Both the position numbers and the translations under genes were made by a program. This document shows positions 1 through 8,361 of a stretch of DNA of 64,000 nucleotides, piece by piece. The first letter of the stretch is position 1, and the number at the start of each line of letters is the position of its first letter. The notes beneath the pieces are model-generated. The model was not told the DNA's origin, did not search any database, and worked only from the letters and a program-made list of their open reading frames with translations. The DNA is from an uncultured Actinomycetes bacterium. Its GTDB lineage: Bacteria > Actinomycetota > UBA4738 > HRBIN12. Location: NCBI GenBank assembly GCA_963831325.1, contig CAWHQA010000038.1:290907-354906 (forward strand). Reading direction: 5' to 3'.

Positions 1-194
1 CACCCAACGAGCAACCCTGCGCCCACACCTGCGAAGGCCACGTGCCCGATGCCATCGCCGATGAGCGACAGGCGCTTCTGAACGAGGAAGACCCCGATCA
101 TGGGCGCGAACGCGCCCACGGCCACACACGCGATCAACGCCCGCTGCATGAAGCCAAGCTCGAAGGGGAACGGCACCGCGAGATCGGCGATCAC
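1..194 (-). CDS. ABC-3 family metal (Zn/Mn) ABC transporter permease, N-terminal fragment running off the window
   Basis: Not in the ORF track. My minus-strand translation from GTG at 194 gives VIADLAVPFPFELGFMQRALIACVAVGAFAPMIGVFLVQKRLSLIGDGIGHVAFAGVG, a typical ZnuB/MntB-type N-terminus. There is a GTGA start/stop overlap with the upstream ATPase gene. Confidence 0.7.
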   Translation of the reverse strand, partial: MIADLAVPFPFELGFMQRALIACVAVGAFAPMIGVFLVQKRLSLIGDGIGHVAFAGVGAGLLVG

Positions 195-991
195 GTGAGC
201 TGCTCCAACCAGATCGGAAGGTCCTCTGCGTGAACGCCGAGGCTGCCGACTCCCTCGGCGGCAAGGTCCGACGGACGTCCGTCGAAGACGACCGTTCGCT
301 TCAGCACGATCACCCGATCGACGTCGTCGGCGACCGCCGAAAGCTCGTGCGAGACGAGCAGTACCCCAGCACCGTGCTCACGGATCAGGTGCACCAGCGA
401 GTTCCGGAACAGGCGTTGCGATGCAGCGTCGACCCCGGCGACCGGCTCGTCGAGCACGAGCAAGGACGGCTCGCTCGCGAACGCGCGGGCGATGAAGGCG
501 CGCTGCTGCTGCCCCCCCGAGAGCTCGTTCACCGGCCGATGCGCGAGCTCGGCGAGGCCGACAGACTCGATCGCGTGCTCGACCTGCTCCCGGCCGGTCC
601 GTGACATCGGGAGCCACCACCGTCCGTCGGTGAGCCGACCCGCCGCGACGATCTCACGGACCGTCGCAGGCAGCTCCGAGCTGAGGTTCGGGCGTTGGGG
701 AACGTATCCCAGCCGTCCGCGCCGGCGCACCGTGCCCGGAGGCCGCCCGAACAGTCGCACGTGCCCGGCATCGGGCTCGAGCGACCCCAAGAGCACGTGG
801 AGCAGGGTCGACTTGCCCGATCCGTTCGGCCCGACGAGGGCGACGAACTCCCCTGCTCCTACGGTGAGGTCGATGTCTTCGATGACGGGTTCCCGCCCGT
901 ACCCGAACGTGAGACCGGTCGCCCCGAGCAGCTCCTCGTTAGCTCGAGCGACACCGGGAAGGCGAGGACTAGGCGCAGTCGAGGCCATCAC
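191..991 (-). CDS. Metal ABC transporter ATP-binding protein (ZnuC/MntA-like)
   Basis: 266-aa ORF with Walker A GPNGSGKST, signature LSGGQQQRAFIARA and Walker B LLVLDEP. It lies between the SBP and permease genes of the same operon. Confidence 0.9.
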   Translation of the reverse strand: MMASTAPSPRLPGVARANEELLGATGLTFGYGREPVIEDIDLTVGAGEFVALVGPNGSGKSTLLHVLLGSLEPDAGHVRLFGRPPGTVRRRGRLGYVPQRPNLSSELPATVREIVAAGRLTDGRWWLPMSRTGREQVEHAIESVGLAELAHRPVNELSGGQQQRAFIARAFASEPSLLVLDEPVAGVDAASQRLFRNSLVHLIREHGAGVLLVSHELSAVADDVDRVIVLKRTVVFDGRPSDLAAEGVGSLGVHAEDLPIWLEQLT

Positions 992-1952
992 GCAGGGTCT
1001 CCAGATTCCGGCGCATCACCGACGGATAATCGTCGCCAGCAGCGAGATGCGCTTCGGTCAAGCCCTCCAGCGGGCTGAGCACCGCGGTCGCGAGACCGGC
1101 CTCGGCGGCGAGGATCTCAGCGACCTCGGTCGACACGAGGTCTTCGGCGAACACCGTCGTGACTCCGCGGGACCGGGCGATCGCCGCAAGCTCGGCGATG
1201 CGCTCGGGGTCTGGCTCGGATCCAGGAGAGACGCCGGCGATCGCGACCTCATCGAGGTCGTACGCCGCTGCAAGATATCCGAAGGCCGAGTGGTTCGTGA
1301 TCACCAACCGTGTCTCACACTTGGCGAGCCCGCGTCGGAACTCCTCATCGAGCGTGGCGAGCTCGCCGTCGAGCCGACGAGCGTTCGTCAGGAACGTGCT
1401 TGCGTCGGCAGCTCGGACTTCGCCGAGTGCCGTGCTCACCCGGTCGACGATACCGGCGTACAGGGTCGGATCGAGCCATACATGCGGGTCGGAGGGCTCC
1501 GAGTCGGGGCCGTCGTGTTCGTCCGACCGGCTGGACAGGTTGATGCCTTCCGAAAGATCGACCGTGGCGCCGGCGGCTTCGGCTTCGACGGCTTCCTCGA
1601 CGACGGGCTGAAACCCCCCGCCCATGTAGACGACGACGTCGGCCAGCGCGATCCGCTCGAGATCTTCGGGCGCGAGTTCGAGATCGTGCGGCTCGACCCC
1701 GGGGGGGGTGAGGTTGGTGACGGTCACGAGATCGCCGCCCACGCGCTGCGTGGCGTATGCGAGTGGGTAGAAGCTGGCGACGACAGAGATCGTCCCGTCG
1801 TCGTCGGAGGGCGCAGCGCCACCGGCACTCCCGCACGCCGTCGAAGTGAGGCATACTGCGACCACCAGCGCACGGAACGGCTTGTGTGGCAGGCGCCTGG
1901 GGATGCGCTCGACGAGCGGTCGTTCGGGAACGATACTGAGAATCGCTCTCAT
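969..1952 (-). CDS. Metal ABC transporter substrate-binding protein (ZnuA/TroA family), probable lipoprotein
   Basis: C-terminal 327 aa of ORF 969..2318. I moved the start to ATG 1952 (MRAILS...), which gives the signal/lipobox-like LTSTAC. Motifs: SFYPLAY, EPHDLELAP, DPHVWLDP and an acidic/His loop DEHDGPDSEPSDPH. The upstream 122 codons are Arg-rich and not protein-like. Confidence 0.85.
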   Translation of the reverse strand: MRAILSIVPERPLVERIPRRLPHKPFRALVVAVCLTSTACGSAGGAAPSDDDGTISVVASFYPLAYATQRVGGDLVTVTNLTPPGVEPHDLELAPEDLERIALADVVVYMGGGFQPVVEEAVEAEAAGATVDLSEGINLSSRSDEHDGPDSEPSDPHVWLDPTLYAGIVDRVSTALGEVRAADASTFLTNARRLDGELATLDEEFRRGLAKCETRLVITNHSAFGYLAAAYDLDEVAIAGVSPGSEPDPERIAELAAIARSRGVTTVFAEDLVSTEVAEILAAEAGLATAVLSPLEGLTEAHLAAGDDYPSVMRRNLETLRDGLDCA

Positions 1953-1987
1953 TTCTGGTAAACCGTACCCTGGGTTCCGTCGAAACG

Positions 1988-2959
1988 TCAACCCGGTGAG
2001 GGACCATCCGCCAGCGACACACGGCCCCGGTCTCGACCCGCCGATGCGCCAGCCGACGCGACGACGACGCCGTCTCGTTCGAGGCCGCCGATGGCTTCCA
2101 CGGCACGTTCGAGGGGCAGCCCCATCGCCCTCGCGAGGCCGCCGAGCGTTCGGGGTGATCGTTCCTGCAATGCCGCCAGAACCGACCCACGGGCCTGCCG
2201 GAGCGATCCTTCGTATCGCGGATGACGCCGCGTCGACGCCCTGCCCTCGCGTCCATCGGCCGCGAAGGCGCACCACGGCCGCAGTGGACAGACGTCGCAT
2301 TGCGGCGTGGGCTTGCACACCTCACGTCCAAGGTCCATGAGCGCCGAGTTCCACGAGGCAGGTCGACGCGCATCGAGCCATGCAACCGCGGCGTCGCGGA
2401 TCACGCGCGCGGGCACCTCGTCCGGCTCCGCCGCGTGGTCGACCCGCGCCCACACCCTTCGGACGTTGGTGTCGACGACCGCGACGGGCGACCCGTACGC
2501 GAGGCTCGTGATCGCCGCGGCCGTGTAGGGGCCAACGCCCGCGAGCGTCCGCAGCGCCGCCGGGTCGCAGGGAACCACGCAGCCGTACAGCTCGACGATC
2601 TCACCTGCGGCACGGTGGAGCGCGACGGCGCGCCGCGGGTAGCCCAGCCTGCCCCACGCCCGGAGCACGTCTGCGCGAGACGACGAGGCAAGCGTGCGCA
2701 CATCGGGAAAACGCGACATGAACGCCTCGAACGCGGGTGCGACCCGTGCGGTCTGCGTCTGCTGCAGCATGACCTCGCTCACCAGCACGGCGTACGGGTC
2801 GGGTCGCCGGGCACCCGCGCGGGCGGGTGCACGCCAGGGGTAAGCCCTGCGCCGAGGCCGGTACCAAGCGAGCAGGGCTTCCCGCGCCTGCTCGCGCGGA
2901 CTAGGCTGCTGCCCGTCACCAACCGGCCGATCAGTCGAGGTCTCGAAGGGGCTAACCAT
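1988..2959 (-). CDS. mutY: A/G-specific adenine DNA glycosylase
   Basis: HhH-GPD motifs VSEVMLQQTQ, WGRLGYPRRA, GVGPYTAAAI and VDTNVRRV; Fe-S Cys ladder CKPTPQCDVCPLRPWC; C-terminal MutT-like domain. Start set at ATG 2959 (MVSPFE...), inside ORF 1988..3046. Confidence 0.85.
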   Translation of the reverse strand: MVSPFETSTDRPVGDGQQPSPREQAREALLAWYRPRRRAYPWRAPARAGARRPDPYAVLVSEVMLQQTQTARVAPAFEAFMSRFPDVRTLASSSRADVLRAWGRLGYPRRAVALHRAAGEIVELYGCVVPCDPAALRTLAGVGPYTAAAITSLAYGSPVAVVDTNVRRVWARVDHAAEPDEVPARVIRDAAVAWLDARRPASWNSALMDLGREVCKPTPQCDVCPLRPWCAFAADGREGRASTRRHPRYEGSLRQARGSVLAALQERSPRTLGGLARAMGLPLERAVEAIGGLERDGVVVASAGASAGRDRGRVSLADGPSPG

Positions 2960-3323
2960 GACCGTGATCCGTGACGTGATGAGCACCGACCTCACGATCG
3001 TCTCGCCGACCACGACGATCGCGGATGCCGCGACGATGATGAGCACGCATCAGGTCGGCAGTGCGCTCGTGCTCGAGGGCGACCGCCTGCTCGGCATCTT
3101 CACCGAGCGTGACGTGTTGCGCGCGGTCGGGTCCGACTTCGACGCCGAGAATCACCCGGTCACCGAGTTCATGACGAAGGATCCAAAGACCATCGACGCC
3201 CAAGCCGATGCCCACGAGGCGCTGGAGTCGATGTTCGCGTTCGGATTCCGGCATCTGCCGGTGCTCGACGAGGGCCGCGTCGTGGGGATCGTGTCGATGC
3301 GCGACGTGACACCCCACGGCTGA
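2958..3323 (+). CDS. CBS domain pair protein
   Basis: 121-aa ORF with two CBS repeats (VMSTDLTIVSP...GIFTERDVLRAV; FRHLPVLDEGRVVGIVSMRDV). Confidence 0.85.
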   Translation: MTVIRDVMSTDLTIVSPTTTIADAATMMSTHQVGSALVLEGDRLLGIFTERDVLRAVGSDFDAENHPVTEFMTKDPKTIDAQADAHEALESMFAFGFRHLPVLDEGRVVGIVSMRDVTPHG

Positions 3324-3326
3324 CGC

Positions 3327-3383
3327 GACGCCTGCTGACCCGACGCTGCTCACCCGACGCTGCTCACCGACACGCTGCTCACA
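3327..3383. repeat. Four imperfect tandem copies of a ~14-bp unit (GACGC[C]TGCT[G/C]ACCC) between convergent genes
   Basis: Read directly: GACGCCTGCTGACCC / GACGCTGCTCACCC / GACGCTGCTCACC / GACACGCTGCTCACAGG, starting 4 nt after the CBS stop codon. Confidence 0.6.
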
Positions 3384-3398
3384 GGCGGCCGCGTACTT

Positions 3399-3590
3399 TT
3401 AGAATCCGGGCTTCGAATCCTTGTTGGGCATCGCGTCGGCCACCGAACGCAAGGCTTCGTGGACCGAATGGAACACGTCGGCCACGAACGAAGCCTGCTG
3501 ACCACCGGCGCCCGTCATGGTGCCCCGCACCGCCGACGCGGTGATCTCGCATGCCTTCTCGAACACGGCCCAATCGCTCTCGCGGGACAT
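3399..3590 (-). CDS. Small hypothetical protein (63 aa)
   Basis: Last 63 codons of ORF 3399..3902, starting at ATG 3590 (MSRESDWAVFEKACEITASAVRG...). A strong SD (CAGGAGGAGACCG) sits directly upstream. The sequence is not compositionally biased, unlike the upstream part of the ORF. Confidence 0.5.
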   Translation of the reverse strand: MSRESDWAVFEKACEITASAVRGTMTGAGGQQASFVADVFHSVHEALRSVADAMPNKDSKPGF

Positions 3591-3720
3591 CGGTCTCCTC
3601 CTGTTGGATCGTTGTGCTGGATCGTTCCTCGATCGACGGTGCAGGCTACCTGAGCCGGGCGCCGCCACGAGCCTCGGGCACCCCGGCAACGGCTGCGCGC
3701 CTCGACGATCTCGGTCAGGA

Positions 3721-3750
3721 TGTCGATGAACGAACGGCGCCGTTCGTCTA
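3721..3750 (+). promoter_or_regulatory. Candidate ECF-type promoter (TGTCGA-N18-CGTCTA) overlapping an 18-bp perfect palindrome ACGAACGGCGCCGTTCGT (3730..3747)
   Basis: Read directly, 43 nt upstream of the first yciI-like start. The CGTC-type -10 element and a TGTC-containing -35 element fit my recollection of ECF41/42-group promoters. This is inference only. Confidence 0.35.
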
Positions 3751-3792
3751 TCGATCAGGGGGCGACGGAGCCACCACACAGAGGGAGGGGCT

Positions 3793-4149
3793 ATGGCTCG
3801 ATACATGCTGCTTATCCACGCCGAGGAAGCGAGCGGGGACGCCGGCGACGACACCACGCGGACCGAGCTGTACGAGGAGTACGGCAAGCTCCTCGCGCGC
3901 ATGAAAGAGCACGGTCACCTGATCGAGGGCGACGAGCTGCAGGCTTCCGGGGCTGCGAAGCTCGTCCGGGTTCGTGCCGGCGCCACCCAGGTCGTCGACG
4001 GTCCCTTCATCGAGACGAAGGAGCAGCTCGGCGGGTACTTCTTGGTCGATTGCGACCTCGACGACGCGATCGCCTACGCGGCAGCCATACCCGGCGCGCG
4101 GCAAGGCACCGTCGAGGTGCGCCCGGTAGTCGGATCCGAGAGTGCGTAA
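3793..4149 (+). CDS. YCII/DGPF-domain protein
   Basis: 118 aa: MARYMLLIHAEE..., DGPFIETKEQLGGYFLVDCDLDDAIAYAAAIP, TVEVRPV. SD is GAGGGAGGGG. Confidence 0.85.
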   Translation: MARYMLLIHAEEASGDAGDDTTRTELYEEYGKLLARMKEHGHLIEGDELQASGAAKLVRVRAGATQVVDGPFIETKEQLGGYFLVDCDLDDAIAYAAAIPGARQGTVEVRPVVGSESA

Positions 4150-4191
4150 CCAGCCGATCGCAACGGCGATCACCACGGAAGGAGCAGCCCG

Positions 4192-4560
4192 ATGCAATAC
4201 ACCCTGCTGATCTATGCCGACGAGACCGCCGGCGCAGCCGCCCCGCCCGAAGCGCAGCAGCAGATGATCGACGAGTATTGGGCGTACGAGGCCTGGCTCG
4301 CCGACAGAGGTATCAAGCGCGCCGGTGAGGCCTTGCTCGACACGAGCCAGGCAACCACGGTGCGGGTGAGAGACGACGACAACCTGACGACCGACGGACC
4401 GTTCGCCGAGACCAAGGAACAGCTCGGCGGCTTCTATCTCGTCGAATGCGACAACCTGGACGACGCCCTCGAGGCAGCGCGACAGTGCCCGGGCAGCAAG
4501 TACGGGTCCGTCGAGGTGCGACCTGTGATGGACTTCAGCCAGATGGAGAACGTGCAGTAG
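4192..4560 (+). CDS. YCII/DGPF-domain protein (paralog)
   Basis: 122 aa: MQYTLLIYADE..., DGPFAETKEQLGGFYLVECDNLDDALEAARQCP, SVEVRPV. SD is GGAAGGAG. Confidence 0.85.
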   Translation: MQYTLLIYADETAGAAAPPEAQQQMIDEYWAYEAWLADRGIKRAGEALLDTSQATTVRVRDDDNLTTDGPFAETKEQLGGFYLVECDNLDDALEAARQCPGSKYGSVEVRPVMDFSQMENVQ

Positions 4561-5789
4561 CGACCGAACCCCCCTCCTCGGAGGCCGTCGGCCGCCTGTT
4601 CCGTCGAGAGTCCGGACGCGCGGTCGCGGCCTTGATCCGAGCGGTCGGAAGCTTCGACCTGGCCGAGGACGCCGTGCAGGACGCCTTCGCCGTCGCGATC
4701 GAGCGATGGCCTCGAGACGGCTTCCCCGACAACCCCGGCGCGTGGATCGTGACCACGGCGCGGAACCATGCGATCGACCTGATCCGACGAGAGCAGGTCG
4801 GGAGGACCAAGGCGGAGACCGTCATGCGGGTGCGGGCACTCGATTCGATCGGCGACCATGAGATGTACGAGATTCCCGACGAGCGACTGCGCCTGATCTT
4901 CACGTGCTGCCACCCCTCACTGGCGATGGAATCCCGGATCGCGCTCACCCTTCGCACGGTGGGTGGGCTCTCGACCAGGGAGATCGCCCGAGCCTTCCTC
5001 GCACCGGAGTCGACCGTGGCGCAGCGGCTCGTTCGGGCCAAGAAGAAGATCCGCGACGCAGGCATCCCCTACCGTGTGCCGCCGCGGGAACTTCTCCAGG
5101 AGCGGCTCGAGGGTGTCCTCACGGTCGTGTACCTCGTGTTCAACGAGGGGTACAGCGCCACGAGCGGCACCGACCTCGTGCGCGTGGATCTCTGCGACGA
5201 GGCGATCTGGCTGACGCGCGTGCTCGACCGGCTGCTTCCCGGCGAGGCCGAGGTGCATGGGCTGCTCGCCCTGATGCTGCTCCAGCATTCGCGGCGTCAC
5301 ACACGCACGGACGCCATCGGCGACCTGGTGCTGCTGGAAGAACAGGATCGTGCCAGGTGGGACCACGAGATGATCGACGAAGGCGTCGCAATGCTAGAGG
5401 CGGCCATCGCCCTCCGCGCCCCGGGTCCGTACCAGCTGCAGGCGGCCATCGCGGCTCTCCACGCCCAGGCCCCTCGGCCCGAGCACACCGACTGGCCACA
5501 GATCGCGAGCCTGTACTCGGCGCTCGGCCGAGCCACTTCCAGCCCCGTGGTCCAGCTCAACCGAGCAGTGGCCGTTGCCATGGCCGATGGGCCGGGAGCC
5601 GGTCTCGCCCTCATCGAGCGGCTCGCCGACGACCTCGGGAGCTACCACCTGTTCCATGCCGCGCGAGCGGATCTTCTCCGGCGGCTCGACCGGCGCGAGG
5701 AGGCCGGCGCCGCGTACCGGCGAGCCCTCGAGCTGGCGACGAATCCGGCCGAGCGGAACTTCCTGGAACGCCGCATCTCCGAGCTCTGA
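4446..5789 (+). CDS. ECF sigma factor with long C-terminal TPR-like extension (ECF42-type)
   Basis: Region 2 reads FDLAEDAVQDAFAVAIERWPRDGFPDNPGAWIVTTARNHAIDLIRRE; region 4 reads LTLRTVGGLSTREIARAFLAPESTVAQRLVRAKKKI; about 230 aa of helical extension follow. The start is uncertain (ATG 4446 or GTG 4485), and both overlap the preceding gene. Confidence 0.85.
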   Translation: MRQPGRRPRGSATVPGQQVRVRRGATCDGLQPDGERAVATEPPSSEAVGRLFRRESGRAVAALIRAVGSFDLAEDAVQDAFAVAIERWPRDGFPDNPGAWIVTTARNHAIDLIRREQVGRTKAETVMRVRALDSIGDHEMYEIPDERLRLIFTCCHPSLAMESRIALTLRTVGGLSTREIARAFLAPESTVAQRLVRAKKKIRDAGIPYRVPPRELLQERLEGVLTVVYLVFNEGYSATSGTDLVRVDLCDEAIWLTRVLDRLLPGEAEVHGLLALMLLQHSRRHTRTDAIGDLVLLEEQDRARWDHEMIDEGVAMLEAAIALRAPGPYQLQAAIAALHAQAPRPEHTDWPQIASLYSALGRATSSPVVQLNRAVAVAMADGPGAGLALIERLADDLGSYHLFHAARADLLRRLDRREEAGAAYRRALELATNPAERNFLERRISEL

Positions 5790-5834
5790 AGACGCGTCGG
5801 GCCGTGGTGCCCCGTGCGCTAGGGTTCTGCGTCG

Positions 5835-7247
5835 ATGCTCTTCCCCACGATCGATTTCGCGATCTTCTTCGCCCTCGTGTTCCTGGGTCATTGGCTGCTG
5901 AACCCGAAACCCTTGCCGTGGAAGCTCTTCATGATTGGGGCGAGCTACGTCTTCTACGGCTGGTGGGACGTGCACTTCATCTGGCTGCTCGCGGGCGTGT
6001 CCGCACTCGCGCAACTCGGCGCTCTCACGGTGGCTGGCCGAACCGACGAGGTGCAGAGGCGCGTTGCGTTGGCGGCGAGCATCGCACTCACAGTGGCGCC
6101 GCTCATCGCCTTCAAGTACTACGGGTTCTTCGCGCTCGAGCTCACGAACGCAGCGAGCTCGCTGGGTTTCAACCTGGGTCTGCCGCTCGCGCAGCTGATC
6201 CTGCCCGTGGGCATCTCGTTCTTCACGTTCATGGCTATCAGCTACATCGTCGACGTCTATCGCGGTGACACGGGCGTCGCGAGCTGGGTCGACGTCTTCC
6301 TGTACCTCTCGTTCTTCCCGCATCTGGTGGCAGGGCCGATCGTGCGACCCGAGGAGCTCATCCCACAGCTCGACGTTCGCCGCGATCCGCGCCACCTGGA
6401 CGTCGCCGGCAGCTCGTGGCTTGTCCTCGGCGGTCTGTTCAAGAAGGTCGTGGTGTCGAGCTTCCTCGCGACGTCGATGGTCGACCCGGTGTTCGGCGAC
6501 CCGGCCGGGCACTCCGCGATCGACGTGCTCTTCGGCATCGTCGCCTACGCGATCGTGATCTATGCCGACTTCAGCGGCTACACCGACATCGCCATCGGCG
6601 TCGCGAAGCTGCTGGGGTTCCAGTTCCCCGAGAACTTCAATCGCCCCTACACGGCACGGTCGCTGCAGGACTTCTGGCGGCGATGGCACATCACGTTGTC
6701 ACGGTGGCTGCGCGACTACCTCTACATCCCGCTCGGCGGCTCGAAGCGCGGCGAGGGGCGTACCTATGTGAACATCGTGGTCACCATGGTGCTCGGTGGA
6801 CTGTGGCACGGCGCCGCGTGGCCGTTCGTCATCTGGGGGCTCTTCCACGGCATCGGACTGGCGATCGGCGCCTTCAAGCGCGCCCATCTGCCCGAAAGGC
6901 CCGAGACGCCACTGCTCGTGCTGGGTCAACGCATCTCGACGTTCGCCCTCGTCTGCGTGGGATGGGTCTTCTTCAGGGCCGACTCGCTGGGAACCGCGTT
7001 CACGATGTTCGGACGGCTGCTGTTCGGCTGGACGACCCCCACCGAGCTGGTCACGCCCCTCGGGGTCGGCACGATCGCCTTCATGCTGGCGCTGCAGCTC
7101 GCGCCGCGGGAACCCGGCCTGCGGTTGCAGCGTTCGATCTCACGCTGGCGCCCGGTGCCCATGGGGCTCGCGGGCGCCGGTGCCCTGTTCGTGATCGCCA
7201 CGCTCGGACCTCAGGGCGTCGCGCCGTTCATCTACTTCCAATTCTGA
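5835..7247 (+). CDS. MBOAT-family membrane O-acyltransferase (AlgI/DltB/PatA-like)
   Basis: 470 aa, polytopic. Motifs: ISFFTFMAISYIVDVYRG, HLVAGPIVR, FWRRWHITLSRWLRDYLYIPLGGS, and LWHGA with the catalytic His. Confidence 0.9.
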   Translation: MLFPTIDFAIFFALVFLGHWLLNPKPLPWKLFMIGASYVFYGWWDVHFIWLLAGVSALAQLGALTVAGRTDEVQRRVALAASIALTVAPLIAFKYYGFFALELTNAASSLGFNLGLPLAQLILPVGISFFTFMAISYIVDVYRGDTGVASWVDVFLYLSFFPHLVAGPIVRPEELIPQLDVRRDPRHLDVAGSSWLVLGGLFKKVVVSSFLATSMVDPVFGDPAGHSAIDVLFGIVAYAIVIYADFSGYTDIAIGVAKLLGFQFPENFNRPYTARSLQDFWRRWHITLSRWLRDYLYIPLGGSKRGEGRTYVNIVVTMVLGGLWHGAAWPFVIWGLFHGIGLAIGAFKRAHLPERPETPLLVLGQRISTFALVCVGWVFFRADSLGTAFTMFGRLLFGWTTPTELVTPLGVGTIAFMLALQLAPREPGLRLQRSISRWRPVPMGLAGAGALFVIATLGPQGVAPFIYFQF

Positions 7248-7266
7248 CCGAGGTGACGACAGCCCC

Positions 7267-8346
7267 ATGACCGATCCCCCGACAACGACGTTGGAGCGCC
7301 CCGACCCCCACGGTGATGACTCCCGCACGCCCGTCGCGCACGGGGGCAGCACGATGGCGGCGGGGCGGGCCTTGATCGTGATGGCGGTGGTGCTGATCAC
7401 CTGGGCGTTCCTGTTCGCTCCGACCCTCAAGAGGGCATCGGAAGCCCAGCCGCTCGGCACGCGACGCACGATGTCGCTGTGGGTGCTCCGGCCGATCGCG
7501 GCGATCAGCGACTTCGTGCAGCTCACGTCGGCCACCGACACCGCCAGCCGGGCGCTCGGCCGCGATCCGAGCGAGGCGCCGGGAGGCGGGGTCGACGTGC
7601 CGCCTCCCCAGGACATCCCGACCGTGAGCCCGTCCGGCTCGCCGAAGCCGACGGATCCCGTGGTGAAGGACACCAAGATCCGCCGGCCGACACCTACGAA
7701 CGAGCTGCGGATCGCCGTGGTGGGCGACTCTCTCGCCGCCGGGCTCGGGGTGTATCTCGAGCGCGAGTTCCGACCCGCGTTGGTCGAGGTGCTGCGCCAA
7801 GGCCGGGTCTCGACGGGGCTGTCGCGCCTCGACTACTTCGACTGGATGGATGCGATGAGCAGGATCGAGTCCAACTACCAGCCCGATCTCGTCGTCGTGA
7901 TGATCGGCGACAATGACAACCAGAGCCTGCTGAGCCCTGGGAACCAGGTCGTCGCCGAGATCGGTTCGTTCGAGTGGCCGCAGAAGTACGAGGACCGAGT
8001 GGAGGAGTTCACCCGGATCGCCGTCGACGGCGGGTCGCATGTCGCTTGGGTCGGCCTGCCGATCGTTCAGCGCAAGGAGCGCTGGGATGTGATGCAGCGC
8101 CAGAACGACATCTTCGAAAGGGTCGCCGGGATCACGCCGAACGCCCTCTACATCGACACGTGGGATCGGTTCGCCACCAAGGACGGGCAGTACACACCCT
8201 TCTACTGGGAAGGCGGCAGGGTCGAGCTGATCCGCACGACCGACGGCCTGCACTTCAACCCGCGCGGGTACGAGCTGCTCGCCGAAGCCGTGGGCGCAGC
8301 GGTCGTTGACCAGTTCCGGCTCACTCCGAACGCCCTCGCCGAGTGA
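7267..8346 (+). CDS. SGNH/GDSL hydrolase-fold protein (DUF459-like partner of MBOAT)
   Basis: 359 aa with an N-terminal TM anchor. Block I is VVGDSLAAGLG; also MIGDNDNQ and DGLHFNPRGYELLA. It lies immediately downstream of the MBOAT gene. Confidence 0.8.
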   Translation: MTDPPTTTLERPDPHGDDSRTPVAHGGSTMAAGRALIVMAVVLITWAFLFAPTLKRASEAQPLGTRRTMSLWVLRPIAAISDFVQLTSATDTASRALGRDPSEAPGGGVDVPPPQDIPTVSPSGSPKPTDPVVKDTKIRRPTPTNELRIAVVGDSLAAGLGVYLEREFRPALVEVLRQGRVSTGLSRLDYFDWMDAMSRIESNYQPDLVVVMIGDNDNQSLLSPGNQVVAEIGSFEWPQKYEDRVEEFTRIAVDGGSHVAWVGLPIVQRKERWDVMQRQNDIFERVAGITPNALYIDTWDRFATKDGQYTPFYWEGGRVELIRTTDGLHFNPRGYELLAEAVGAAVVDQFRLTPNALAE

Positions 8347-8361
8347 GCCGCGACGACGGGT

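Noticed and set aside
492-1961. 489-aa plus-strand ORF overlapping the ZnuC/ZnuA genes. Similar long antisense or out-of-frame ORFs include 4904..6268, 5394..6689, 8408..9991, 25077..26108, 39722..40993 and 61918..63018.
   Set aside because: These ORFs are Arg/Pro/Ala/Gly-rich with no recognisable motifs. Each lies opposite or out of frame to a gene with clear family signatures. This is the typical stop-codon-poor shadow ORF of high-GC DNA.
1953-1987. Zur/MntR-type metalloregulator box upstream of the metal uptake operon
   Set aside because: Only a weak 4-bp-arm palindrome is present (GGTA-AACCG-TACC). I could not see an AT-rich Zur-like or DtxR-like inverted repeat.
969-2318. Full 449-aa version of the metal-binding protein. 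Similar long N-terminal extensions occur in ORFs 24240..26462, 27365..28714, 46812..49274, 52372..53514, 53947..55002, 17105..18133 and 8362..9822.
   Set aside because: The extensions are compositionally biased, overlap upstream genes, and precede internal starts that have SD sequences or typical family N-termini. I trimmed each to the internal start.
3327-3383. Possible CRISPR array
   Set aside because: The units are only about 14 bp, directly abutting with no spacers, and there are only four copies. No cas genes occur in the window.
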